From: Eledone cirrhosa
Lineage: Eukaryota
Length of the DNA: 64,000 nt
Reading direction: 5' to 3'
Assembly (NCBI GenBank): GCA_964016885.1
Contig: OZ024741.1
Location: 90,086,001 to 90,150,000, forward strand
Under the pieces are notes generated by a model, which was not told the origin of the DNA, ran no database searches, and was given only the letters and a program-made list of their open reading frames with translations. Every line of letters starts with the position of its first letter. Position 1 is the stretch's first letter. Of the stretch, positions 18,121-31,612 are shown piece after piece. The translations under genes and the position numbers were made by a program.

Positions 18121-18837
18121 AAAAAACCAAATAATGAAATATTACGTGTTATTGACGAAATAGGGGATGAATATTTACGACGGATAAAAACCCCAACATT
18201 TTGGCAAATCAACGCCTGTTTATATGCCTTAGCAACGACAGTGAAGCATTATCTTGGTGATAGCAGAGATTTTAACAAGAACAAAACACCACTAAAAATA
18301 CCATCATATATAACTAAAATAGAAAAAAAGATTGCTGGCCTACGAAAAACCATAGGATATGTGACAATGGTCCTTACATGCAAACAAACACAAAAAAACT
18401 CACTCCTCACCAACAAAGGGTGAAAAATAAAATAGTGACGATGTTTGGTAACAGTAGAACCAGAACTCTTCAATATAAGCTGATCCCCCTCAAACAAGAA
18501 TTGAGAGCTGTTAACGAAAAACGCCGATACCTGCAGAAGGTAGATGAGAGAAAAGTGCTTAATAAAAGATTCAGACGAAACTAAACATCAGTCTATAGAG
18601 ATATGAAGAATAAAATAATAAATGTCACTGAGGCCACATCCCAGAAAGACATAGATTCCCTTTGGAGCAAGATATGGGATGAAAAGAAGAATTTCAACCA
18701 AGATGCAGTGTGGCTAAAAGAAATCTGAAAGAACTATTGCTCCTACACTACAACAAAAACATACGAAATAAGTGAGGGTACCCTTGAGACTGTGATAGGA
18801 AAACTCCAAGATAAGAAAACACCAGGAAGAGACATGA

Positions 18838-19941
18838 TTGTCGGCTACTGGTACAAAAAAACTGATATTCTATCGGAGGTATCTTACTGACCTCTATCAA
18901 CAAGTTCTTAAGGGAGATACACTTATACCAGAATGGTTGACATTAGCACAAACACTACTGGTCCCCAAGAACAAAGACAGCCACTTGGCAAAAAACTACC
19001 GACCCATTGCATGCCAGAACCTGATGTATAAGATGTATATAGCCTGCCTGAACCTATTCCTCCAAGATCACTGTGAAAATAATAACATCATCACAGATGA
19101 ACAAGCAGCTGGAAAGAAAGGGGTTTGGGGATGTGCTGAACAACTCCTAATCAACAAAACTGCGATGTCGGAGGTGCGACAACTTAGGAGGAATATGGCT
19201 ACAGTCTGGCTGGACTACAGGAAAGCTTTCGATTCTGTTCCCCACTCTTGGATGATAGAGGCTCTCCAACTTGCTAAAGTCCCAGACATTATTATCAGAG
19301 CCATAGAGAAGCTGTCTTCTTCTTGGGCTACTATCCTAAGGTTAAAGACAGAGAGGCAGGACTCTATTTTCACTGATAAAATAAAATATCGCGGGGGTAT
19401 ATTTCAGGGAGACAGTCTCTCTGTGATATTATTAATCCTGTCATTAAACCCCTTGTCCTTTCTGCTCAAGAAATGTGAAGGATACATCATTGGCTCACAG
19501 GAGGACAGAAATATGAACCTAACCTTTGTGGATAATCTGAAACTCTATGCCAAGAACATGGATGGGATGAAGAAAAATCTTGACCTGGTTACAACGTTCT
19601 CAAAGGATATAGGAATGGAATTTGGCCAAGATAAATGCTCATATATGACTGTAAAGCCAGGAAAAACAACAACCCAATCTAGCAACATTGTCATCAATGG
19701 CTTAACTGTTTCACCGATATCAGATGAGGACTGCTACAGATACCTGGGGATAGATGAGAACATATCCTATAATGGTATCTGTAATAAGGAACGCGTAACC
19801 AGGGAATACTACACCAGATTAAGAAAGATTTGGTCATCGGAACTCTCTGCGCAAAACAAGACAGTGGCTCACAATGTGTTTGCTGTGTCTGTCCTAACAC
19901 CAACGTTTGGAATACTGAATTGGACGATAGACGAAATCTGA
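18838..19941 (+). pseudogene. Reverse transcriptase domain of the R4/Dong-like element (disrupted ORF)
   Basis: 367-aa ORF with RT motifs; catalytic YxDD reads FVDN; flanking frames broken by stops and frameshifts. Confidence 0.88.
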
Positions 19942-21476
19942 GCAGTTGATGTTGGAACTCGAAAAATACTAAACAACACCGGAAACTTCCACATCAACAG
20001 TGACATAGGCCGCCTTTACTTGAAACGTAAGCAGGGAGGCAGAAGCCTAACATCAGTCCAGACAGCATTTGAATGTCGCATCATATCCCTCCAACAACAT
20101 ATACGAACCTCGAAGCGTAGGAGCCCGTCTCTCGAGCAAGTCTATCCGAGATCATGAGAGTTGGGAAGGAACTCCTCGAGAGATATTTCCTGTGTGATAA
20201 TCAAAAACTCACACCCAGGGAAGTCGCTCAGCAATATCGCAGTGAATCCATGGATGAAAAACTGCATGCTTATCAGCAAAAAATCATGCATGGATATGTT
20301 GCCAGGAAGCTCCAGAGTGAGAGTAATATAGATAAGGAAAGTTGTCTATCTTGGACCAACAATTGCTACATTGGCTCCCACTTTGAAGGATACGCTTTTG
20401 CAATCCAAGAACAGGAAATTAACACGAAATACCTGATTTACAAAAGAGACAGGGATGCAGGCAAAAAACCTAGATGTGATGATGTAGGCAAAACACCTAG
20501 ACGATAAGTGCAAACTCTGCAGAACTAACATCGAAGATATCACCCATGTCATCAGCAGCTGTCCAAAGATGTCATCGTGGTACTATCTACCTATAAGGCA
20601 TGATGTAGTGGCCAAAACACTGTACAATGCAATCCGTAAAAAAGATAGCCCCGATAATAAACACATTAAAAGCTACAGCAATGTGGAAGACACCCATGTA
20701 CATAATATGAAAGAGTATTGGTGGAATGTTCCGGTAAAAACCCAAATAAAATGCAGACATAACAGACCAGATATTAGATATGGGACAGGGAGAAGAAAGA
20801 TGCACACTAATGGAAATTAGCTGCCCAGCAAATGCCAATATAATATCAAAGATTAGCAAAAAGGAGAATATTTATGCAGATACTCCACCCTGATTACACC
20901 TTCAGATTTATGCCTGTGATTATTGGGGCACTGGGGTATGTTAGTAACTGCCTCAATACAAATCTTGAGAAGCTAGGCTTCACAGGAAGAGAAAGAACAC
21001 AACTAGTTAGGAAATTACAAGTACAATCCATTAATGGAACAGTAAAAATATGTAAAACATTCCAAAAATTTTGCATCTAATAACTGCATATACACATGTA
21101 CAGATACAAAGCATATACATGCACACATACAACTCAAAACATCCACATCCACACATACAATAACATCCATATCTACACATGCATGCATGCAGACATACAT
21201 ACATATCTACCTAGTTGATGTTGTGTAACTATGTCTTGTAACTATGTTAGAAACCGACCCTCTCTCTATTGGGAAGAAATTTGTGAAATTATAAAACCAG
21301 AAGAACATACATACATATATACATACATGCATACATACACACATACATATCAAATATTTAAGTAATTATCTCTGGAGTTTTTAGTGAAAGAAAGTGACTA
21401 GCAAACAAGTACTCTGCGTGTTGTGCCTTTGATCAAGGCATTTCATTTCACGGTGTTCTAGTCCATTGAGTTGAAA

Positions 21477-21640
21477 ATAATTGTTTCTACTTTTGGCACA
21501 AGGCCAGCAATTACCCAGTGCATTACTGGTACTTTATTTTATCGACCCCGCAAGGATGAAAGACAAAGTTAACCTCAACGTGATTTGAACTCAGACCGTA
21601 AAGGGACGTAACTATGCTGGAAAGCATGGTGTCCGACCCC
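21477..21640 (-). mobile_element. tRNA-SINE copy, same family as 17934-18120, head truncated
   Basis: Shares TTACTGGTACTTTATTTTATCGACCCC...GATTTGAACTCAG. Confidence 0.88.
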
Positions 21641-22240
21641 ACCAGCAGCAACTTGAATTTAACCCAGAAATAGATTGGCATCCCATCTGGGGGATTGTTT
21701 TATTATCTCGGCTGCTTAACGCCAATAAAATCGAGATAAGCTCCTCCTTGACTAGCCTCTAGGCTTAAGACAGACTTTAAGACTTAATAAGAAGAATTAC
21801 CATCAAACACATTCCGGTTGTGACAAAGTTGTCATTTTTCTTTGTTATCAGGTACGACGTAGTTCAACGTGTCCTTTCTTTCTAAATGCAGTAGCGTTTA
21901 ATTTGAGGGAGATTTTGCTGCTATTATAATAGTTCTAAACGGAGGTTCTCTCATTGGTTGGTAATGCCAGGTTTAGGGCCATATTACATTATATTTGAGA
22001 CCATATTAAACATTACCTTGTTCTGTTTGTCGTATAGGGTGCAGTCGGTGTCTAGGAATGTTGATATTCTTTTCAGTCACTTAGCGGCGTTAGGAGGCGA
22101 AATGGCAACAATCAAAATTGATGGTGTTCTCTCTATGAAATTAAAAAAACAACAACACAACAACGTGTTTCTGAATGTAACTATGTGGTACACTGGATAA
22201 CAATGTTGATGTTGATATTCAACGAAATATTTTCCATTTC

Positions 22241-22306
<66 letters not shown>

Positions 22307-22449
22307 CGAAGGAGGTGTGGTAAGGAACCATATGGACCATAACGCGCCAGTGTACTCAATACTTAGGTTAGTAGAGTCCAGAAATAGCCGTCGAAACATC
22401 CTGAGCTCTGCCGTCGGGGTTAAACATTTTCCTATATATATATATATAT

Positions 22450-22696
22450 ATTTCGTCTTTGAATTTGTTTTGCATGATTTCTTATCTGAAAAGCACACAA
22501 CTCACAAAAACAAGATGGTGTAGGACAGAACAAAGGAAAGACACAAAATAAAAACTCAGTTACTGAGGAGGTCACAGAATGTGTGAAGAAAGAGCCTTGA
22601 CAATATATAAACAACCATCCGGTTATCGAACCAACCAACCGGAAGTGAAAACCAAAACGTGCGTGTGTTTTTATTTGCAGCATGACCTTCCTCCAA

Positions 22697-22700
<4 letters not shown>
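22450..22700 (+). mobile_element. PLE 3' end/pLTR fragment related to 61748-63957, with decayed HHR
   Basis: Matches AAACAAGATGG.GTAGGACAGAACAAAGG...GGTCACAGAATGTGTGA...CATGACC..CC..AAGTATA. Confidence 0.75.
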
Positions 22701-22739
<39 letters not shown>

Positions 22740-22927
22740 AATATCTTTAAGTCGTTTGGAAGCCTCGACAATGCAAATGGGTAAATCTCCGGGTAACAAG
22801 ATCCGGTGGTGGAGAGAGAGATGTAAGTGTGTGTACGTTGAGATGCGTGGTGTGTATAAGACGTGTAGAAGAATGAAGGAAAGAGTATAAAGGATAAAAT
22901 AAAAATAAGAACACGAGAGAGAGTTAC

Positions 22928-23330
<403 letters not shown>

Positions 23331-23555
23331 GCACAAACACCCACACACACATATATGTTTTAATTGTATCCTTCAGTTAATACTCTATTATTCTATCACT
23401 GCGAATATCAGTATGATATTAACAATATATGTATGACCACGTGATTCCTGGCAGAGTCACAAGGACCCGTGGTGACATAGAGAATTTCTTGTGTATTTTT
23501 TAAGCCTGGTGGAGCTCATCCCTTTTCAAGTCAGTCTGAACACAGCTGATTTATT

Positions 23556-23652
<97 letters not shown>

Positions 23653-23719
23653 TAGGAGGTGAGAGGGGAGAAAGAAAGGGAGAGAGAACGGGAGAAAGAG
23701 ATATAAAGGAAGAATCGAC

Positions 23720-23835
23720 CTCGGTACTGGATTGGTACTTTATTTACCGACCTCGAAAGGATGAAAGGCAAAATTGAGCTCGGTGGGATTTAAACTTAGA
23801 GTGCAGAGAACCGGTACGAATACCGCAAAGCATTC
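23720..23835 (-). mobile_element. Diverged tRNA-SINE copy
   Basis: TTGGTACTTTATTTACCGACCTCGAAAGGATGAAAGGCAAA. Confidence 0.7.
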
Positions 23836-24845
23836 TCCCAGACAGTCAAATAACTCTACATTAGTAATATATTTAAATATGAGAATTTCAAAGTTGTGTT
23901 ACTGTTGACAACACTCCTTACGTTGCATGAGGCAGTTTACAGCCATCATATGGAAAACGCGAGATGTAGACTGATAGCATGATAACAAAGTTGCAGCTAT
24001 GCGAAGCCTAATTAGTAATTAGTAATTAAGATATCTCTATTTTGCCTAGGTGTTGTGTGATTTGTATTTATCAGGTTCAAATACCCAATCAGATAAGACG
24101 CGGGATAACGGAATCATATGTTATTAACTTTTATCTTTCTGAAGAGAATGTATTGTGTTATTGGGAAACAACGTCATTGTTTTAACGTCCGCTTTTCCAT
24201 TCTGGCATGGGTTGCACGGGGAATTTCAAGATAGAGTTTTATTGCTAGATGTCCTTGACATTAACTATTTTGGTTGCAGATCACAACATGCATGAATGTG
24301 GTGGATCTATTCTAAAAATCTTTATAAAGTATTCACAAAATGAAGTAAACTGCCTTGCTGCGAGGAAGAAGAGAAATCTAACGTTCCGAACAAAAAACAT
24401 TGTGCGGAAAGAAATGAAATGATAAAATTTTCTGGTCCAAATCCTAGGTTTCTAGACTTCATTATCACAAAATAATTTATTCCAGTTTGTGAATTATTTG
24501 TACTTACTATTTGCAGATGCAGACTATTGTTTCACTTTAATATCTAATTATAGTTGTTCTAAATTAAAGCAGTTGTGTCACTGAAATTTCTGTATCACCT
24601 TGGAAAGTAAGGCCGAGAGGGCGCGAGAGAGAGAGAGAGAGAGAGAGGACGTATTCTGAAGTGTAGAAACGCCATATATATATATATATACAAAATGTTC
24701 TATTTAAATTGTTGGGATACAACAAGCAAATACTTTTATAACTGATATAAAGCACTCGACAAGTATTTGGAGTAAATATATCCTTGAAATATGTATAATG
24801 AAATAAATATGGTTTTATAAATATAGTTTCCATTTGTTAATATCG

Positions 24846-24946
<101 letters not shown>

Positions 24947-25250
24947 CGAAGTCTGTCCACGCCTTGAACCCTGGGTGACACCTAAAAGTCAAATTCTAGG
25001 TCACCATCCTTTTTGGCGTGAACAATCATGCGTGGGCGATCCCTCGAAGCAGGAGACAGAAAGCGACAGGTATAAAAAGCCTGTATCATCCCATGTCTAA
25101 CACACAGAGATATCGGAGAAGTACGCTAGAGAATAGCTATGTGAAAGATTCATCGCTACCTACAGACCCCTGAGGTCTACAGACAACCACAGACCAATAT
25201 ATATAGATAGATAAATATACACGGGTGTGTATGATTGTGTATAGAAGATT

Positions 25251-25639
25251 ATATTAATAAAAGGAATTCCAACTTTGTCTGATTTACTCGTTTTATTTAC
25301 AATCCTTTAAAATTTATGATGGTATTAGAATGAAATAGTATGGTAGAATATTAAATGTTAAGTGTTAATTGAACAAGTACTTTCATGCTTTCGCAATCTT
25401 CAGGTTCATAATGTGTGGTGACAGTATAGTTTGCAATTTTCAACTGTTGAAAATTGCAAACTATACTGTCACCACACATTATGAACCTGAAGATTGCGAA
25501 AGCATGAAAGTACTTGTTCAATTAACACTTAACATTTAATATTCTACCATACTATTTCATTCTAATACCATCATAAATTTTAAAGGATTGTAAATAAAAC
25601 GAGTAAATCAGACAAAGTTAGAATTCCTTTTATTAATAT
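25251..25639. mobile_element. Near-perfect palindrome (about 194-bp arms, 1-nt spacer) with one HHR per arm; non-autonomous PLE-like insert
   Basis: Centre TTTTCAAC-T-GTTGAAAA at 25445; arms reverse-complementary with about one mismatch. Confidence 0.88.
25483..25519 (+). ncRNA. Minimal type I hammerhead ribozyme (mirror copy 25371-25407, minus)
   Basis: GAAC CTGAAGA T-TGC-GAAA-GCA-T GAAA GTAC TT GTTC: stem I GAAC/GTTC, GNRA-capped stem II, palindromic stem III AGTACT. Confidence 0.85.
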
Positions 25640-25640
25640 A

Positions 25641-25669
25641 TTAGCTGTCAGTGGATCTTCTAAGCCTCG

Positions 25670-25737
<68 letters not shown>

Positions 25738-25766
25738 CGAGGCTTAGAAGATCCACTGACAGCTAA
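25641..25766. repeat. Palindrome with 30-bp unique arms centred on (TA)n
   Basis: TTAGCTGTCAGTGGATCTTCTAAGCCTCGT (TA)n ACGAGGCTTAGAAGATCCACTGACAGCTAA. Confidence 0.9.
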
Positions 25767-26348
25767 GCAGAACCAATTTCAATGAAACCGGTCTCAACAG
25801 ATCCAAACAATGCTACATTGTTTCAATCATGATATATCAACTTAGCAAAATGCTATTGTTTTAGAATTCAGTTGTAATACATGTTGCTGGAAATGAATGT
25901 TTCCTTGGTAACTAATGGGTTGTCTAACTTTATATCAAATGAAACACACACACACACACATACAGACACAGACACACACATACTCCCTTTCACACTTTCA
26001 TGGGTGTATTTACTATTAGTCATAAAAACAGCTGGAAACCACATCCTGCACACACACACACATATACACACGCACGCACAGACACACACACACACGCACG
26101 CACACACACACATACACACACACACATACACCACATCCACACCCACACTCACGTACACATGTGTCTTCGCTCCATTGCCCCGTCGTCCGTATCACTAAAC
26201 TAGAAGAGAAGATAATAAACAAACGAAATTAACTTTCTTTATACCCACCCAAGAAAAAATTGTACTCAATAGACCCCACCCACCTACTGTATCACAAGGT
26301 GTATGTAACTTTCAAATTTCGAAGGGAGATTAGGTTTACTTTTTAATG

Positions 26349-26458
<110 letters not shown>

Positions 26459-26501
26459 CTAATATAAGAGTGTTGTGTTCATGCGCGAAGATGCTATACA
26501 A

Positions 26502-27488
26502 TCTACTTATATATATAACCAGCAATTTCTCTGTCTGTCTGTCCGACAGTGGAAATACGTGCGTAGAGAGAGAGTGAAATAAAGAGACAGACTACGAGAT
26601 GGGGATAGCGGGAGGGAGAGAGGGAGAGAGAGAGAGTGAATAGACGCTAAAACACGTGCTACAGAAATATTACCTTCCCCTCTCCACTGACTTTGGTCAC
26701 TGAGGCCGAGGGAATCGCTGGTTGCTATACAGACACCTTGCACAAGCCAGAAGTAACCAGTTCAAGGCGGTTCTGACTTGACACCATGCGAAGAAGGTTG
26801 CCATTGAATTTGTGGTTGTTGCTGCTGATAATAAGGACCATTTGAAGAAGGTTGCCATTGAATTTGTGGTTTGAAGAAGGTTGCCATTGAATTTGTGGTT
26901 GTTGCTGCTGATAATAAGGACCATTTGAAGAAGGTTGCTGCGGATGAGGTAATTTATTAATCAGATTGCGCAGTTCCATAACCTACGTTTGATTTGTTCA
27001 ATTTTTTTCTTCAATTTTTGTTGTTGTTTTTTTTTATTTCTTATTGAAAAAATATAAATAATAAAATAAGGTTAGAAATTTAAATACAATTAAATACGAT
27101 TTAATTTCCATTTCCAGCAGCCAATGTCCAGTGTTCAATTTCATGAAAAAATTGGAAATAATTAAAAAAATTGAAGTTTAACTTTTGAACATTTGTTTTG
27201 ACAATAAAAAAATATTTCTTTATTCACACCTAATGGTATGATTAAAATTTCATAGGAATATTTTTTTCTAGCCGCCAGTTATTTATTTTCTCCTTTTTCG
27301 TTTTAACATATATTTATTTCAAAGATTTCACCGTATAGATAACATATATATTTATACATGCATAAAAGACACACCGAGAGACGGTGAACATGTGGTGCCG
27401 AAAACATTTCTCATCCAAATCTCAACAATATCAGTATATACACTAGATTTGCTAGCAGAAAACCGCCCACCGGGTGGTTTTCTGCTAG
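26502..27488 (+). mobile_element. Non-autonomous Helitron-like element with internal ~54-bp repeats (26790-26940)
   Basis: 5' TCTACTTATATATATAACC with (CTGT)n; 3' GC-rich hairpin then CTAG|T. Confidence 0.65.
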
Positions 27489-27700
27489 TCTAATATATAA
27501 ATGGCAATTTCTGTCTGTCTGTGTATCTGTGTATGTGTGTATAACCAGTTGGCGCTAACGCCAGTGATCCAATCCTGATGAAACTTTACAAACATGTTAA
27601 GCTAATATTCAGAAACAGAACTGGCTAATTGGATTTCCATAAAAATCAATAATGCAACCCTTCGAGACATCTTTACAGTGGAGGAGGAAAAAGAAGACGT
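27489..27700 (+). mobile_element. 5' end of a second Helitron-like family joined directly to the previous CTAG; right boundary uncertain
   Basis: TCTAATATATAAATGGCAATTTCTGTCTGT, also seen on the minus strand at about 30005-30035. Confidence 0.6.
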
Positions 27701-28058
27701 TTCAGTGAGAGAGGGGGAAGAGCAGATACTACTACTGTATGTTAAACCCTCCCTCCAGCTACTCCCCTTCCTCTTCCCACAACTCAGTCCTCCAAAACAA
27801 GGCAACAATTTATTAGAAATATACATAAAGAAATTTCTACCAAAACAGACGACAATGCGCGTTCTTGATTGTTCTCCATTCTGTAGTGAAAGAGAGAGAG
27901 GGTATGGAAAAAAGATAGAGAGGAGTTGAGAAAGAAAGAAAGAAAGAGAATGAGGGGGATTGTTTAACTCTCCCTTCCTCAACTTTACGTCTCTTTCTCT
28001 CTCTCTTTCACACAAGACGTACTGTGACACTCTCTCTCTCTCTCTCTCTCTCGCTCTC

Positions 28059-28091
<33 letters not shown>

Positions 28092-28122
28092 CTCTGTATG
28101 TGTCTGGGGAAGTTACAATGTC

Positions 28123-29039
<917 letters not shown>

Positions 29040-29043
<4 letters not shown>

Positions 29044-30025
29044 CTGAGGTACCCAGCATTGCTAGGGTTTAAGTAATACACTTGTTTGTGCAGAAATAAC
29101 ACTTGATGAATCTGTTGAATTAAGTCTTACAGGAAAAAACGGTGATTGTCGGGGATGTCCATTCCACGGCCAACTGGTTAATGCGACCCGCAGAGGCCTT
29201 CTATCCGTCCCGTAAGATGTTCCATTCGGTTAAATATACGCATGTTAGCAGCAAAGATGACACAGCCTAGGGTGTGTAGCTAATTTTTAAATATCGTTGC
29301 GGCCCGCGTGTCAACTGTGGCCCGTTGAAGATTTCTATTCGATTCGCAAAGGGTTCCGCGTGGTATACATTACCCAACCAGAGCCCATAAATCCCATTTA
29401 TCTGGGTAAAACTCAGCCCGTGGAGGGCAAATTCAATTGTTATCCCTCCCATTGTTGTACAGGCCTCTGTCCCGCTGGAGAAAACCATCCACTGCACATA
29501 AGTGCTGTATCTATCATGTTTGAAAAAAGCATTTGCGACATTCGATATTTGCGGTGATATCGCTTTATTAAGGTGCCCTGTGGGAACTTTTAACACCTTA
29601 TTGATACATAAATAATGCACCTGTACAGTTTAAAGCAAATTGGTTGCTCATATCAGAAGAAACAAACCAAATGAAAAATAGGTTTGTGCCGTTTTTTGCC
29701 TTTCGCGAGTTGTCTGGGATAATTATCCTTAGCACATAATCTATCTGTGTTTCAACTTTGAAGGAAATCGGTTGAGAACTTTAAAAGTTATGGCAGAAAA
29801 TAACATTCATATGAGCATTTGCATGCAAATGTCCTATTGATTTATTAAAAAAATCGATGCAGACTGGAAATTATCGATTTTTTAAAACTTCAAAGTACGT
29901 AAGAAATCAAATGGGCATGACAGCCACCCGCGTGTCAACTTTCAAGACCAGTTTGGTAGATTTTGAGTTTTAGGTTCACAAACAAATCCACAAAGAAACA
30001 CACACACAAACAGACAGAAATTGCC

Positions 30026-30035
<10 letters not shown>
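29040..30035 (-). mobile_element. Non-autonomous Helitron-like element
   Basis: Minus-strand 5' TATATAAATGGCAATTTCTGTCTG; 3' CCCTAGCAATGCTGGGTACCTCAGCTAA hairpin end. Confidence 0.65.
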
Positions 30036-30099
<64 letters not shown>

Positions 30100-30144
30100 T
30101 AAGATATTAATAAATGGAAACTATATTCATACAACCATATTTAC

Positions 30145-30202
30145 TTTATTATATATATTTCAAGGGCGACCAAGCAATCTTGGTGCGCTTTCATCAGATA
30201 AA
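30145..30202 (-). ncRNA. Type I hammerhead ribozyme in a PLE-like 3' end abutting (TA)n
   Basis: TTTAT CTGATGA AAGCGCACCAAG-ATTG-CTTGGTCGCCCTT GAAA TATATA TA ATAAA. Confidence 0.8.
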
Positions 30203-30270
30203 ATACAAAATTTGTTTTATAAATAACGACATACCCATGGAAATCAACCTTAACGGTCGGAAATTCGCTG

Positions 30271-30302
<32 letters not shown>

Positions 30303-30312
30303 ATGTGTGTAC

Positions 30313-30470
30313 AATGGGCTTCTGCAGTTTCCATGTACAAAATTCCACTCACAAGGCATTGGTCAAAACAATGGTATATTTGAAGACACTTGCCCAAGGT
30401 GCCGCTCACCGAAACTAACGCCAGAATCGCGTGGTTGCGAAGCAAATTCCTTAACAACACACCATGCCAC
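30313..30470 (-). mobile_element. Diverged tRNA/CORE-type SINE
   Basis: Minus strand CACCTTGGGCAAGTGTCTTC (CORE-like) after a tRNA-like head; a similar copy lies at about 48350-48480. Confidence 0.6.
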
Positions 30471-30566
30471 CGAAAGAATTAGCTCGTTATTAATGTCAAG
30501 ACTCTTCAGCCAAGACGCTAACACTTTATTGAAACAGCACAAATATATAGAACCTCTGAGTGTGCA

Positions 30567-30602
<36 letters not shown>

Positions 30603-30741
30603 GTGTGGGGGGGGGGGGGGCATGTTTGTGTATGCACGTGCGCGTGCATGTGTGTAAAAGTAATAATAAAAATAACAAAACAAACGGCACATTACACGAA
30701 AGAAATATATTAGTTTAACGCTTGAAATAGCTGGAAGATAG

Positions 30742-30777
30742 TCTTAACGTTTCGGTCACTAGTCTTTCATCAGAAGA
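30742..30777 (-). ncRNA. Minimal HHR motif, stem II degenerate
   Basis: TCTT CTGATGA AAGACTAGTGACC GAAA CG TT AAGA. Confidence 0.6.
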
Positions 30778-31250
30778 TAGGGTTAGATGTAGAGGATAAA
30801 TAGAAAGTAAAGTGTGATAAGAGTAAGGAACGGGGAAAATGAGAAAATAATTGGGGCGAAAACACACACACACATACACATAGAGACACACACACACAGA
30901 CACACACACGTATGTATGTATGTATATGTATGTATATATATATATATATATATATACATTCGTTTAAACGTCTGAAGATTATGTCACAATTTTGATCCCT
31001 CTTACAATATGGAGACATGGTCAATATTGGGCCTTGAATCCTCAGGCAGCGATTCTGTTCCGTGTATGAACACAATAAATAATATAACATAATATATATA
31101 TATATTTATTTAGGTTTGTTGGTTCACCACTGCATAGAACTGGTCATTCCGTATGGTCAATCTCGATGTAATATTATGGAGAGCACTCAACGTAATGCAA
31201 CTCACCCGTCTTCGTTTGTGTAGTTGGTGGTGCGAGTACGGAATTAATTA

Positions 31251-31561
31251 TTATAAAATAACAAGAGGCTGAACTGGTGTAAATCCTTGAAAGGTTTATT
31301 ATACTATGATCATTTCAATGACCGGGTTCAGTATGAATCCGGTGACATCATCAGAGGGCGGCCGACTGAGGTAGAAGCTGCTAAATAGTCGGTCGTCCTC
31401 TTGTCTCTGATTTTCAGCCCCATGGATTTTATCTATTATATTCCTTTGTTATTTTTTGAATACCTGATGATGTCACCGGATTCATACTGAACCCGGGTAT
31501 TGAAATGATCATAGTATAATAAACCTTTCAAGGATTTACACCTGCCCAGCCTCCTGTTATT

Positions 31562-31570
<9 letters not shown>
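31251..31570. mobile_element. Inverted repeat (~105-bp arms, ~110-bp spacer) with an HHR core in each arm
   Basis: 31251-31353 is the reverse complement of 31464-31570; (TA)n on the right. Confidence 0.85.
31460..31517 (+). ncRNA. Type I hammerhead ribozyme
   Basis: ATAC CTGATGA TGTCACCGGATTCA-TAC-TGAACCCGGGTATT GAAA TGATCA TA GTAT. Confidence 0.8.

Positions 31571-31610
<40 letters not shown>

Positions 31611-31612
<2 letters not shown>

Larger units (their letters stand above)
17050..21305 (+). mobile_element. Near full-length, frameshifted RLE-type non-LTR retrotransposon, R4/Dong clade
   Basis: N-terminal W..ELN..L..CY...GYM.RM...W motif (17250-17822); RT motifs NYRPIAC, WLDYRKAFDSVPH, GIFQGDSLS, FVDNLKLY, YRYLG; CKLC...H..SSC zinc knuckle, RHD, RPDI and PVIIGALG endonuclease motifs; (CATA)n on both flanks. 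Confidence 0.9.

Noticed and set aside
27575-27590. CTGATGAAAC motif
   Set aside because: No flanking helices; lies in a Helitron-like 5' region.
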